A stretch of DNA of 64,000 nucleotides from Mobula hypostoma (lineage: Eukaryota), in assembly GCF_963921235.1 (NCBI RefSeq), contig NC_086097.1, positions 118,484,001-118,548,000 on the forward strand. Direction: 5' to 3'. Below the pieces are notes generated by a model. It was not told the origin of the DNA. It searched no databases and worked only from the letters and a program-made list of their open reading frames with translations. Shown in pieces: positions 23,193 through 36,500 of the stretch (within the stretch, counting starts at the first letter, position 1; every line of letters starts with the position of its first letter). Made by a program: the position numbers and the translations under genes.

Positions 23193-23871
23193 ATATGCCA
23201 CTGTGAAGTTACACACAGTTATTTTCAGAATATAGAACATTACAGTACACGATTGGACCATCAACCTCCAAAGTTGTGTGGACATTACTCCATCAAGTTA
23301 ACCCTTCTCTCCCACATAGCCCTCCAGTTTTAAATTGTTTACACAGATTGAAGGAAGAAATTCATGTCACCTAGCTATGTATGTGGTACACTTTGTAATA
23401 TGTTAGAAGAACTTTGAGAATAGAATGTTAACATGCCAAGACAACCTGGTTTGCTTTGATTATATAACAGATTAATTCAATGTTACATTAACAGTTATGT
23501 AAGCCTGTGATAATCTGGTACCATGACACTTCGTTGCTGCATGATTAAATATTACTCCTATTGCAGTAAACCTCCATTAATCTGCTGTCCCATTGTTGGA
23601 AATGCAGATTACTTGTTTCTATTTCCTGTAATCTCTTTAAACTTGATGCTGTCCTACTCCCACACTCACTGTGGCCCCGATTCCTTTGCCCCTTTTACAT
23701 TCAGTGCAGCCCCATTTCTGTGTTTCCTTTAAACACAATGAGTTTACAGAAAAGTTTGTGATATCTCTGTGTTAAAAATATCAACTGTAAATGCGTAATA
23801 GGAGGAATAACTAATAGTAACAAAATGTGCTGGTCCATCATGATCAAAGTCCTAAGGGTGCATGATTATTA

Positions 23872-24538
23872 AAGTTCAGAGTTCAAAGTACATTTATTAT
23901 CAAAGCATGTATAGCATACATACTTTGAGATTTGTCTTCTTGTAGGTGGCCATCAAACAAAGAAACGCAATAGAACACACTAAAACACCCCATGTAACAG
24001 TCAGACACAGGATATGCTGAAATACAGAACAAATCATGCAAACAGTAAGAAAAATAAATGGGCCACAGAGTCGCCGAAAGTGATCCAACAGCAACGGAGC
24101 AAGGTAAGTACTGCAGCTGGTCTAGGAGCCCAAAGGCTGCAAGCCATAGCCACCCAGCCAGTTCTGTGCTGCAGCTGGTCCTGGAAACTGACAACTACAG
24201 GCTACAGCCATGGAGCCAGTTTAGACTACGGCCAGTTCAGGAGCCCAGTGGGTGCAAACCAGATCCAGGGAGCCAGTTCTGTGCTGTAGCAACTCCAGGA
24301 GCCCAAAGGCTGCAAGCCACAGCCACGGAGCAAGTTTAGCACTACAGCTGTTCCAGGAAACCGATAGCTAGAGGCCACAGCTATAGAGCCAGTTCAGGGC
24401 TGAGGCGAGTAAGACCTCTCAGAGTAGTGAGTTGAAGACCGGTTCATCCCTCGTCCCTCATCCTTGACTTATAATCTTCTTAATCTGGCTCGGCGCTTAA
24501 ATCAGCTAAACATCAATTCATTTTTCGCTCTTGGACCC
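23872..24538 (-). mobile_element. TTTGAAC-tail dispersed repeat (minus strand) whose interior runs into the satellite
   Basis: Starts AAAGTTCAGAGTTCAAAGTACATTTATTATCAAAG, the reverse complement of the tail at 6598-6628 and 12990-13018; contains a 58-bp VNTR and a satellite-like motif at 24482-24505. Confidence 0.65.
24097..24400. repeat. Degenerate 58-bp minisatellite, ~5.3 copies
   Basis: GAGCCAG/GAGCAAG-like anchors at 24097, 24155, 24213, 24270, 24328, 24386 (spacing 58,58,57,58,58). Confidence 0.85.
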
Positions 24539-27500
24539 GGGCCCTGTCACTTCGATTAGGCCTCATTCCAATCTGGCCCCGTCACTTCAATCAGGCCCCA
24601 TTCCAATCTGGCCCCGTCACTCCGATCAGGAACCATTCTAATCTGGCCCGGTCACTTCCACCACGTCCCATTCCAATCTGGCCCCGTCACTTCGATCAGG
24701 CCCGATTCCAATCTGGCCCCGTCACTTCGATCAGTCCCGATTCCAATCTGGCCCCGCCACTCCGATCAGGGCCCATTCCAATCTGCCCCATCACTTCGAT
24801 CAGGCCCCATTCCAATCTGGCCCGGTCACTTTGATCACGAACCATTCCAATCTGGCCCCGTCACTCCGATCAGGACCCATTCCAATCTGGCCCCTTAACT
24901 TCCATTAGGCCCGATTCCAATCTGGCCCCGTCACTTCGATCAGGCCCGATTCCAATCTGGCCCCATCACTTCAATCAGGCCCAATTCCAATCTGGCCCCG
25001 TCACTTCAATCAGGTCCCATTCCAATCTGGCCCCGTCACTCCGATCAGGCCCCATTCCAATCTGGCCCCGTCATTTCCATTAGGCCCCATTTCAATCTGG
25101 CCCCGTCACTTCGATCAGGCCCCATTCCAGTCTGGCCCCGTAACTTCCATCAGGCCCGATTCCAATCTGGCCCCGTCACTTCCATTAGGCCCCATTCCAA
25201 TCTGGCCCCGTCACTCCGATCAGGACCCATTCCAATCTGGCCCCAGTGCTTCGATCAGGCGCCATTCCAATCTGGCCCCGTCGCTACAATCAGGCCCCAT
25301 TCCAATCTGGCGCTGGCACACCGATCAGGCCCCATTCCAAACTGGCCCCGTCACTTCGATCAGGCCCCATTCCAATCTGGCCCTGGCACTTCGATCAGGC
25401 CCGATTCCAATCTCGCCCCGTCACTTCGATCAGGCCCCATTCCAGTCTGGCCCCGTAACTTCCATCAGGCCCGATTCCAATCTGGCCCCGTAACTTCGAT
25501 CAGGCCCCATTCCAATCTGACCCGTCACTCCGATCAGGTCCCATTCCAATCTGGCCCCGTCACTTCGATCAGGCCCCATTCCAATCTGACCCGTCACACC
25601 GATCAGGTCCCATTCCAATCTGGCCCCGTCACTCCGATCAGGCCCAATTCCAATCTGGCCCCGTCACTTCCATCAGGCCCCATTCCAATCTGGCCCCGTC
25701 ACTCCGATCAGGAACCATTCCAATCTGGCCCCAGCGCTTCGATTTGGCCCCATTCCAATCTGGCCCCGGTACTACGATCAGGCCCGATTCCAATCTGGCC
25801 CCGTCACTTCGATCAGGCCCTTTTCCAATCTGGCCCCATCACTTCGATTATGCCCGATTCCAATCTGGCCCAGTCACTTCGATCAGGCCCCATTCCAATC
25901 TGGCCCCGTAACTCCAATAGGACCCATTCCAATCAGGCCCCGGTGCTTCGATCAGGCCCAATTCCAATCTGGCACCGGCACTCCGATCAGGCCCCATTCC
26001 AATCTGGCCCCTTCACTCTGATCAGGACCCATTCCATCTGGCCCCTTCACTCCGATCAGGGCCCATTCAAATCTGTCCCCGTCACTTCGATCAGGCCCGA
26101 TTCCAATCTGGCCCCGTCACTTCGATCAGGCCCCATTCCAATCTGGCCCGGTCACTTCGATCAGGCCCCATTCCAATCTGGCCCCGTCACACCGATCAGG
26201 ACCCATTCCAATCTGGCCCCGGCGCTTCGATCAGGCTCCATTCCAATCTGGTCCCATCACTCCGATCAGGCCCCATTCCTATCTGGCCCCGGCGCTTCGA
26301 TCAGGCCCGATTCCAATATGGCCCCGTCAGTCCCATCAGGCCCCATTCCAATCTGGCCCCTTAACTTCCATTAGGCCCGATTCCAATCTGGCCCCATCAC
26401 TTCGATCAGGCCGCATTCCACTCTCGCCCCGTCACTTCCATCAGGCCCTGTCACTTTGTCAGGCCGCATTACAATCTGGCCCGGTCACTTTCATCAGGCC
26501 CGATTCCAATGTGGCCTCTTAACTTGCAATAGGCCCGATTGCAATCTGGCCCAGTCACTCCGATCAGGACCCATTCCAATCAGGCCCCGGTGCTTCAATC
26601 AGGCCCAATTCCAATCTGGCACTGTCACTCTGATCAGGCCCCATTCCAATCTGGCACCGTCACTCTGATCAGGCCCCATTCCAATCTGGCCCCGTCACTT
26701 CGATCAGGCTCCATTCCAATATGGCCGCGGCACTTCCATTCGGCCCCATTCCAATCTGGCCCGGTCACTTCGATCAGGCCCCATTCCACTCTAGCCCCGT
26801 CACTTCCATCAGACCGCATTCCAATTTGGCCCGGTCACTGCCATGAGGCCCCATTCCAATCTGGCCCCGGCACTTTGATTTGGCCCCATTCCAATCTGGC
26901 CCCGGCACTACGATCAGGCTCCATTTCAATCTGGCGCCAGCACTCCAATCAGGCCCAATTGCAATCTGACCCCGTCACTTCGATCAGCCCGATTCCAATC
27001 TGGCCCCGTCACTTCGATTAGGCCCAATTCCAATCTGGCCCCGTCACTTCCATTAGGCCCCATTCCAATCTGGCCCCGTCACTTCGATCAGGCCCCATTC
27101 CAATCTGGCCCCGTCACTTCGATCAGGCCCTTTTCCAATCTGGCCCCATCACTTCGATCATGCCCGATTCCAATCTGGCCCAGTCACTACGATCAGGCCC
27201 CATTCCAATCTGGCCCCGTCACTACGATCAGGCCCCATTCCAATCTGGCCCCGTCACTTCCATTAGGCCCCATTCCAATCTGGCCTCGTCACTTCGATCA
27301 GGCCCCATTCCAATCTGGCCCCGTCACTTCGATCAGGCCCTTTTCCAATCTGGCCCCATCACTTCGATCATGCCCGATTCCAATCTGGCCCAGTCACTAC
27401 GATCAGGCCCCATTCCAATCTGGCCCCGTCGCTCCAATCAGGCCCCATTCCAATCTGGCGCTGGCACACCGATCAGGCCCCATTCCAATCTGGCCCCGTC

Positions 27501-30500
27501 ACTCCGATCAGGCCCTATTCCAATCTGGCCCCGGCACTTCGATCAGGCCCAATTCCAATCTGGCCCCATCACTTCGATCATGCCCGATTCCAATCTGGCC
27601 CCGTCACATAAATCAGGTCCCATTTCAATCTGGCCTCGTCACTTCCGTTAGTCCCGATTCCAATCTGACCCCGTCACTTCGGTCAGGCCCCGTTGCAGTC
27701 TGGCTCCGTTACGTCCATCAGGCCCGATTCCAATCTGGCCCCGTCACTTCGATCAGGCCCCATTCCAACCTGACCCGTCACTCCGATGAGGCCCCATTCC
27801 AATCTGGCCCCGTCACTTCCATTCGGCCCTATTCCAATTTGGCCCGGTCACTTCAATTAGGCCCCCCATACCAATCTGGCCCCGTCAGTCCGATCAGGAC
27901 CCATTCCACTCTAGCCCCGTCACTTCAATCAGGCCCCATTCCAATCTGGCCCGGTCACTCCGATCAGGACCCATGCCAATCAGGCCCCGGTGCTTCGATC
28001 AGGCCCAATTCCAATCTGGCCCCGTCACTCCGATCAGGGCCCATTCCAATCTGGCCCGGTCACTTCGATCAGGGCCCATTCCAATCTTGCCCCGTCACTC
28101 TGATCAGGCCCCATTCCAATCTGGCCCCGGCACTTCCATCAGGCCCCATTCCAATCTGGCCCCGTCACTCCGATCAGGAACCATTCCAATCTGGCCCCGG
28201 CGCTTTGATTTGGCCCCATTCCAATCTGGCCCCGGCACTACGATCAGGCCCCATTCCAATCTGGCGCCAGCACTCCGATCAGGCCCGATTGCAATCTGGC
28301 CCCGTCACTTCAATCAGGCCCGATTCCAATCTGGCCCCGTCACTTCGATCAGGCCCAATTCCAATCTGGCCCCATCACTTCGATCAGGCCCGATTCCAAT
28401 CTGGCCCCGTCACTACGATCAGGCCCCATTCCAATCTGGCCCCGTCACTACGATCAGGCCCCATTCCAATCTGGCCCCGTCACTTCGATCAGGCCCCATT
28501 CCAATCTGGCCCGGTCACTTCGATCAGGCCCCATTCCAATCTGGCCCCATCACTCCGATCAGGCCCCATTCCAATCTGGCCCGGTCACTTCGATCAGGCC
28601 CCATTCCAATCTGGCCCCGTCACTTCGATCAGGCCCCATTCCAATCTGGCCCCGTCACTCCGATCAGGCCCCATTCCAATCTGGCCCCGTCACTTCCATC
28701 AGGCCCCATTCCAATTTGGCCCGGTCACTTCAATTAGGCCCATACCAATCTGGCCCCGTCACTTCGATCAGGCCCCATTCCAATCTGGCCCCATCACTTC
28801 CATCAGGCCCCATTCCAATCTGGCCCCGTCACTTCGATCAGGCCCCATTCCAATCTGGCCCCGTCACTTCGATCAGGCCCCATTCCAATCTGGCCCCGTC
28901 ACTCCGATCAGGGCCCATTCCAATCTGGCCCGGTCACTTCGATCAGGCACCATTCCAATCTGGCCCGGTCACTTCGATCAGGCCCCATTCCAATCTGGTC
29001 CCATCACTCCGATCAGGCCCCATTCCAATCTGGCCCCGGTGCTTCGATCAGGCCCCATTCCAATCTGGCCCCGTCACTCCGATCAGGCCCCATTCCAATC
29101 TGGCCCCGTCACTCCGATCAGGCCCCATTCCAATCTGGCCCCGTCACATCCATCAGGCCCCATTCCAATTTGGCCCGGTCACTTCAATTAGGCCCATACC
29201 AATCTGGCCCCGTCAGTCCGATCAGGACCCATTCCAATCTGGCCCCGTCACTTGGATCAGGCCCCATTCCAATCTGGCCCCGTCACTTCCATCAGGCCCC
29301 ATTCCAATCTGGCCCCGTCACTTCGATCAGGCCCCATTCCAATCTGGCCCCGTCACTTCGATCAGGCCCCATTCCAATCTGGCCCCGTCACTTCGATCAG
29401 GCCCGATTCCAATCTGGCCCCGTCACTTCGATCAGGCCCCATTCCAATCTGGCCCCGTCACTTCGATCAGGCCCTTTTCCAATCTGGCCCCATCACTTCG
29501 ATCATGCCCGATTCCAATCTGGCCCAGTCACTACGATCAGGCCCCATTCCAATCTGGCCCCGTCACTACGATCAGGCCCCATTCCAATCTGGCCCCGTCA
29601 CTTCCATTAGGCCCCATTCCAATCTGGCCCCGTCACTTCGATCAGGCCCCATTCCAATCTGGCCCCGTCACTTCCATCAGGCCCGATTCCAATCTGGCCC
29701 AGTCACTTCGATCAGGCCCCATTCCAATCTGGCCCCGTCACTCCGATCAGGCCCCATTCCAATCTGGCCCCGTCACTTCGATCAGGCCCCATTCCAATCT
29801 GGCCCCGTCACTTCCATCAGGCCCCATTCCAATCTGGCCCCGTCACTTCGATCAGGCCCCATTCCAATCTGGCCCCGTCACTTCCATCAGGCCCCATTCC
29901 AATCTGGCCCCGTCACTTCCATCAGGCCCCATTCCAATCTGGCCCCGTCACTTCCATCAGGCCCCATTCCAATCTGGCCCCGTCACTTCGATCAGGCCCC
30001 ATTCCAATCTGGCCCCGTCACTCCGATCAGGCCCCATTCCAATCTGGCCCCGTCACTCCGATCAGGCCCCATTCCAATCTGGCCCCGTCACTTCCATTAG
30101 GCCCGATTCAAATCTGGCCCCGTCACTTCGATCAGGCCCCATTCCAGTCTGGCCCAATCACTACCATCAGGCCCGATTCCAATCTGGCCCAGTTACTTCG
30201 ATCAGCCCCCATTCCAATCTGGCCGGGTCACTCCGATCAGGGCCCATTCCAATCTGGCCCGGTCACTTCGATCAGGCCCCATTCCAATCTGGCCCCGTCA
30301 CTTCCAATCTGGCCCCGTCACTTCGATCAGGCCCAATTCCAATCTGGCCCCGTCACTCCGATCAGGGCCCATTCCAATCTGGCCCGGTCACTTCGATCAG
30401 GCACCATTCCAATCTGGCCCGGTCACTTCGATCAGGCCCCATTCCAATCTAGTCCCATCACTCCGATCAGGCCCCATTCCTGTCTGGCCCCGGCGCTTCG

Positions 30501-33500
30501 ATCAGGCCCGATTCCAATATGGCCCCGTCACTCCGATCAGGCCCCATTCCAATCTGGCCCAGTCACATCCATCAGGCCCCATTCCAATTTGGCCCGGTCA
30601 CTTCAATTAGGCCCATACCAATCTGGCCCCGTCAGTCCGATCAGGACCCATTCCACTCTAGCCCCGTCACTTGGTCAGGCCCCATTCCAATCTGGCTCGG
30701 TCACTTCCATCAGGACCCATTCCACTCTAGCCCCGTCACTTTTTCAGGCCCCGTCACTTTGTCAGGCCCCATTCCAATCTGGACCGGTCACTTCCATCAG
30801 GCCCCATTCCAATCTGGCCCCGTCACTCCGATCAGGAACCATTCCAATCTGGCCCCGGCGCTTCGATTTGGCCCCATTCCAATCTGGCCCCGGTACTACG
30901 ATCAGGCCCCATTCCAATCTGGCGCCAGCACTCCGATCAGGCCCGATTGCAATCTGGCCCCGTCACTTCAATCAGGCCCGATTCCAATCTGGCCCCGTCA
31001 CTTCGATCAGGCCCTTTTCCAATCTGGCCCCATCACTTCGATCATGCCCGATTCCAATCTGGCCCAGTCACTTCGATCAGGCCCCATTCCAATCTGACCC
31101 GTCACTCAGATCAGGCCCCATTCCAATCTGGCCCCGTCACTTCGATCAGGACCCATTCCAATCTGACCCGTCACTTCGATCAGGAACCATTCGAATCAGG
31201 CCCCGGTGCTTCGATCAGGCCCAATTCCAATCTGGCACCGGCACTCCGATCAGGCCCCATTCCAATCTGGCCCCTTCACTCCGATGAGGACCCATTCCAT
31301 CTGGCCCCTTCACTCCGATCAGGGCCCATTCAAATCTGTCCCCGTCACTTCGATCAGGCCCGATTCCAATCTGGCCCCGTCACTTCGATCAGGCCCCATT
31401 CCAATCTGGCCCGGTCACTTCGATCAGGCCCCATTCCAATCTGGCCCCGTCACACCGATCAGGACCCATTCCAATCTGGCCCCGGCGCTTCGATCAGGCT
31501 CCATTCCAATCTGGTCCCATCACTCCGATCAGGCCCCATTCCTATCTGGCCCCGGCGCTTCGATCAGGCCCGATTCCAATATGGCCCCGTCAGTCCCATC
31601 AGGCCCCATTCCAATCTGGCCCCTTAACTTCCATTAGGCCCGATTCCAATCTGGCCCCGTCACTTCAATCAGGCCGCATTCCACTCTTCACTTCCATCAG
31701 GCCCTGTCACTTTGTCAGGCCCCATTACAATCTGGCCCGGTCACTTCCATCAGGCCCGATTCCAATGTGGCCCCTTAACTTCCAATAGGCCCGATTCCAA
31801 TCTGGCCCAGTCACTCCGATCAGGACCCATTCCAATCAGGCCCCGGTGCTTCAATCAGGCCCAATTCCAATCTGGCACTGTCACTCTGATCAGGCCCCAT
31901 TCCAATCTGGCCCCGTCACTTCGATCAGGCTCCATTCCAATTTGGCCCGGTCACTTCTATCAGGCCCATTCCAATCTGGCCCCGGCACTTCCATCAGGCC
32001 CCATTACAATCTGGCCCCGGCACTACAATCAGGCTCCATTTCAATCTGGCGCCAGCACTCCAATCAGGCCCAATTGCAATCTGGCCCCGTCACTTCGATC
32101 AGCCCGATTCCAATCTGGCCCCGTCACTTCGATTAGGCCCAATTCCAATCTGGCCCCGTCACTTCAATCAGGTCCCATTCCAATCTGACCCGTCAGTCCG
32201 ATCAGGCCCCTTTCCAATCTGGCCCCGTCACTACGATCAGGCCCCATTCCAATCTGGCCCCGTCACTCCCATCAGGCCCCATTCCAATCTGACCCGTCAC
32301 TCCGATCAGGCCCCTTTCCAATCTGGCCCCGTCACTACGATTAGGCCCATACCAATCTGGCCCCGTCAGTCCGATCAGGAACTATTCCACTCTAGCCCTG
32401 TCACTTCTTTCAGGCCCCGTCACTTTGTCAGGCCCCATTCCAATCTGGATCGGTCACTTCCATAAGGCCCAATTCCAATCTGGCACCGGCACTTCCATCA
32501 GGCCCCATTCCAATCTGGCCCCGTCACTCCGATCAGGAACCATTCCAATCTGGCCCCGGCGCTTCGATCAGGCCCCATTCCAATCTGGCCCCGGTACTAC
32601 GATCAGGCCCCATTCCAATCTGGCGCCAGCACTCCGATCAGGCCCGATTGCAATCTGGCCCCGTCACTCCGATCAGGACCCATTCCAATCTGACCCGTCA
32701 CTTCGATCAGGACCCATGCCAATCAGGCCCCGGTGCTTCGATCAGGCCCAATTCCAATCTGGCCCCGTCACTCCGATCAGGCCCCATTCCAATCTGGCCC
32801 CGTCACTTCGATCAGGCCCCATTCCAATCTGGCCCGGTCACTTCGATCAGGCCCCATTCCAATCTGGCCCCGTCACTTCGATCAGGCCCAATTCCAATCT
32901 GGCCCCGTCACTTCGATCAGGCCCCATTCCAATCTGGCCCCGTCACTTCGATCAGGCCCCATTCCAATCTGGCCCCGTCACTTCGATCAGGCCCCATTCC
33001 AATCTGGCCCCGTCACTTCCATCAGGCCCCATTCCAATCTGGCCCCGTCACTTCGATCAGGCCCCATTCCAATCTGGCCCCGGCACTTCGATCAGGCCCG
33101 ATTCCAATCTGGCCCCGTCACTTCGATCATGCCCGATTCCAATCTGGCCCCGTCACTTCGATCAGGCCCCATTCCAATCTGGCCCCGTCACTTCAATCAG
33201 GCCCCATTCCAATCTGGCCCTGTCACTCCGATCAGGCCCCATTCCAATCTGGCCCCGTCACTACGATCAGGCCCCATTCCAATCTGGCCCCGTCACTTCC
33301 ATCAGGCCCCATTCCAATCTGACCCGTCACTCCGATCAGGCCCCTTTCCAATCTGGCCCCGTCACTACGATCAGGCCCCATTCCAATCTGGCCCCGTCAC
33401 TTCCATCAGGCCCCATTCCAATCTGACTTGTCACTCCGATCAGGCCCCATTCCTATCTGGCCCCGGTGTTTCGATCAGGCCCCATTCCAAACTGGCCCGG

Positions 33501-36500
33501 TCACTTCGATCAGGCCCCATTCCAATCTGGCCCCGTCACTCCGATCAGGCCCCATTCCAATCTGGCCCCGTCACTACGATCAGGCCCCATTCCAATCTGG
33601 CCCCGTCACTTCCATTCGGCCCCATTCCAATTTGGCCCGGTCACTTCAATTAGGCCCATACCAATCTGGCCCTGTCAGTCCGATCAGGACCCATTCCAAT
33701 CTGGCCCCATCACTTCGATCATGCCCGATTCCAATCTGGCCCCGTCAGTCCGATCAGGACCCATTCCACTCTAGCCACGTCACTTCTTTCAGGCCCCGTC
33801 ACTTTGTCAGGCCCCATACCAATCTGGCCCGGTCACTTCCATCAGGCCCGATTCCAATCTGGCCCCGGCACTTCCATCAGGCCCCATTCCAATCTGGCCC
33901 CTTCACTCCGATCAGGGCCCATTCAAATCTGGCCCCGTCACTTCGATCAGGCCCCATTCCAATCTGGCCCGGTCACTTCTATCAGGCCCATTCCAATCTG
34001 GCCCCGGCACTTCCATCAGGCCCCATTACAATCTGGCCCGGTCACTTCTATCAGGCCCATTCCAATCTGGCCCCGTCACTTCGATCAGGCCCCATTCCAA
34101 TCTGGCCCCGGCACTACGATCAGGCTCCATTTCAATCTGGCGCCAGCACTCCAATCAGGCCCGATTGCAATCTGGCCCCGTCACTTCGATCAGCCCGATT
34201 CCAATCTGGCCCCGTCACTTCGATTAGGCCCAATTCCAATCTGGCCCCGTCACTTCAATCAGGTCCCATTCCAATCTGACCTGTCACTCCGATCAGGCCC
34301 CTTTCCAATCTGGCCCCGTCACTACGATCAGGCCCCATTCCAATCTGGCCCCGTCACTTCCATCAGGCCCCATTCCAATCTGGCCCCGTCACTCCGATCA
34401 GGCCCCATTCCAATCTGGCCCCGTCACTACGATCAGGCCCCATTCCAATCTGGCCCCGTCACTTCGATCAGGCCCCATTCCAATCTGGCCCCGTCACTCC
34501 GATCAGGGCCCATTCCAATCTGGCCCGGTCACTTCGATCAGGCCCCATTCCAATCTGGCCCCGTCACTTCGATCAGGCCCCATTCCAATCTGGCCCCGTC
34601 ACTTCCATCAGGTCCCATTCCAATCTGACCCGTCACTCCGATCAGGCCCCTTTCCAATCTGGCCCCGTCACTACGATCAGGCCCCATTCCAATCTGGCCC
34701 CGTCACTTCCATCAGGCCCCATTCCAATCTGACCCGTCACTCCGATCAGGCCCCATTCCAATCTGGCCCCGGTCACTTCGATCAGGCCCCATTCCAATCT
34801 GGCCCGGTCACTTCGATCAGGCCCCATTCCAATCTGGCCCCGTCACTCCGATCAGGCCCCATTCCAATCTGGCCCCGTCACTACGATCAGGCCCCATTCC
34901 AATCTGGCCCCGTCACTTCCATCAGGCCCCATTCCAATCTGGCCCGGTCACTTCAATCAGGCCCATTCCAATCTGGCCCCGTCACTCCGATCAGGACCCA
35001 TTCCAATCTGGCCCCATCACTTCGATCAGGCCCGATTCCAATCTGGCCCCGTCAGTCCGATCAGGACCCATTCCACTCTAGCCCCGTCACTTCTTTCAGG
35101 CCCCGTCACTTTGTCAGGCCCCATTCCAATCTGGCCCGGTCACTTCCATCAGGCCACATTCCAATCTGGCCCCGTCACTTCCATCAGGCCCCATTCCAAT
35201 CTGGCCCCGTCACTTCGATCAGGCCCTTTTCCAATCTGGCCCCATCACTTCGATCATGCCCGATTCCAATCTGGCCCAGTCACTACGATCAGGCCCCATT
35301 CCAATCTGGCCCCGTCACTACGATCAGGCCCCATTCCAATCTGGCCCCGTCACTTCCATTAGGCCCCATTCCAATCTCGCCCCGTCACTTCGATCAGGCC
35401 CCATTCCAGTCTGGCCCCGTAACTTCCATCAGGCCCGATTCCAATCTGGCCCAGTCACTTCGATCAGGCCCCATTCCAATCTGACCCGTCACTCCGATCA
35501 GGTCCCATTCCAATCTGGCCCCGTCACTCCGATCAGGCCCAATTCCAATCTGGCCCCGTCACTTCCATTAGGCCCGATTCAAATCTGGCCCCGTCACTTC
35601 GATCAGGCCCCATTCCAGTCTGGCCCAATCACTTCCATCAGGCCCGATTCCAATCTGGCCCAGTTACTTCGATCAGCCCCCATTCCAATCTGGCCGGGTC
35701 ACTTCAATCAGGCCCCATTCCAATCTGGCCCGGTCACTCCGATCAGGCCCCATTCCAATCTGGCCCGGTCACTTCGATCAGGCCCCATTCCAATCTGGTC
35801 CCATCACTCCGATCAGGGCCCATTCCATTCTGGCCCCGTCTCTTCGATCAGGCCCGATTCCAATCTGGCCCCGTCACTCCGATCAGGCCCCATTCCAATC
35901 TGGCCCAGTCACATCCATCAGGCCCCATTCCAATTTGGCCCGGTCACTTCAATTAGGCCCATACCAATCTGGCCCCGTCAGTCCGATCAGGACCCATTCC
36001 AATCTGGCCCCATCACTTCGATCAGGCCCGATTCCAATCTGGCCCCGTCACTCCGATCAGGCCCCATTCCAATCTGGCCCCATCACTTCGATCATGCCCG
36101 ATTCCAATCTGGCCCCGTCACATACATCAGGCCCCATTCCAATCTGGCCCGGTCACTTCCATCAGGACCCATTCCAATCTGTCCCCGTCACTACGATCAG
36201 GCTGTGTTCCAATCTGGTCCCATCACTCCGATCAGGCCCCATTCCTGTCTGGCCCCGGCGCTTCGATCAGGCCCGATTCCAATATGGCCCCGTCACTCCG
36301 ATCAGGCCCCATTCCAATCTGGCCCAGTCACATCCATCAGGCCCCATTCCAATTTGGCCCGGTCACTTCAATTAGGCCCATACCAATCTGGCCCCGTCAG
36401 TCCGATCAGGACCCATTCCACTCTAGCCCCGTCACTTCTTTCAGGCCCCGTCACTTTGTCAGGCCCCATTCCAATCTGGCCCGGTCACTTCCATCAGGCC

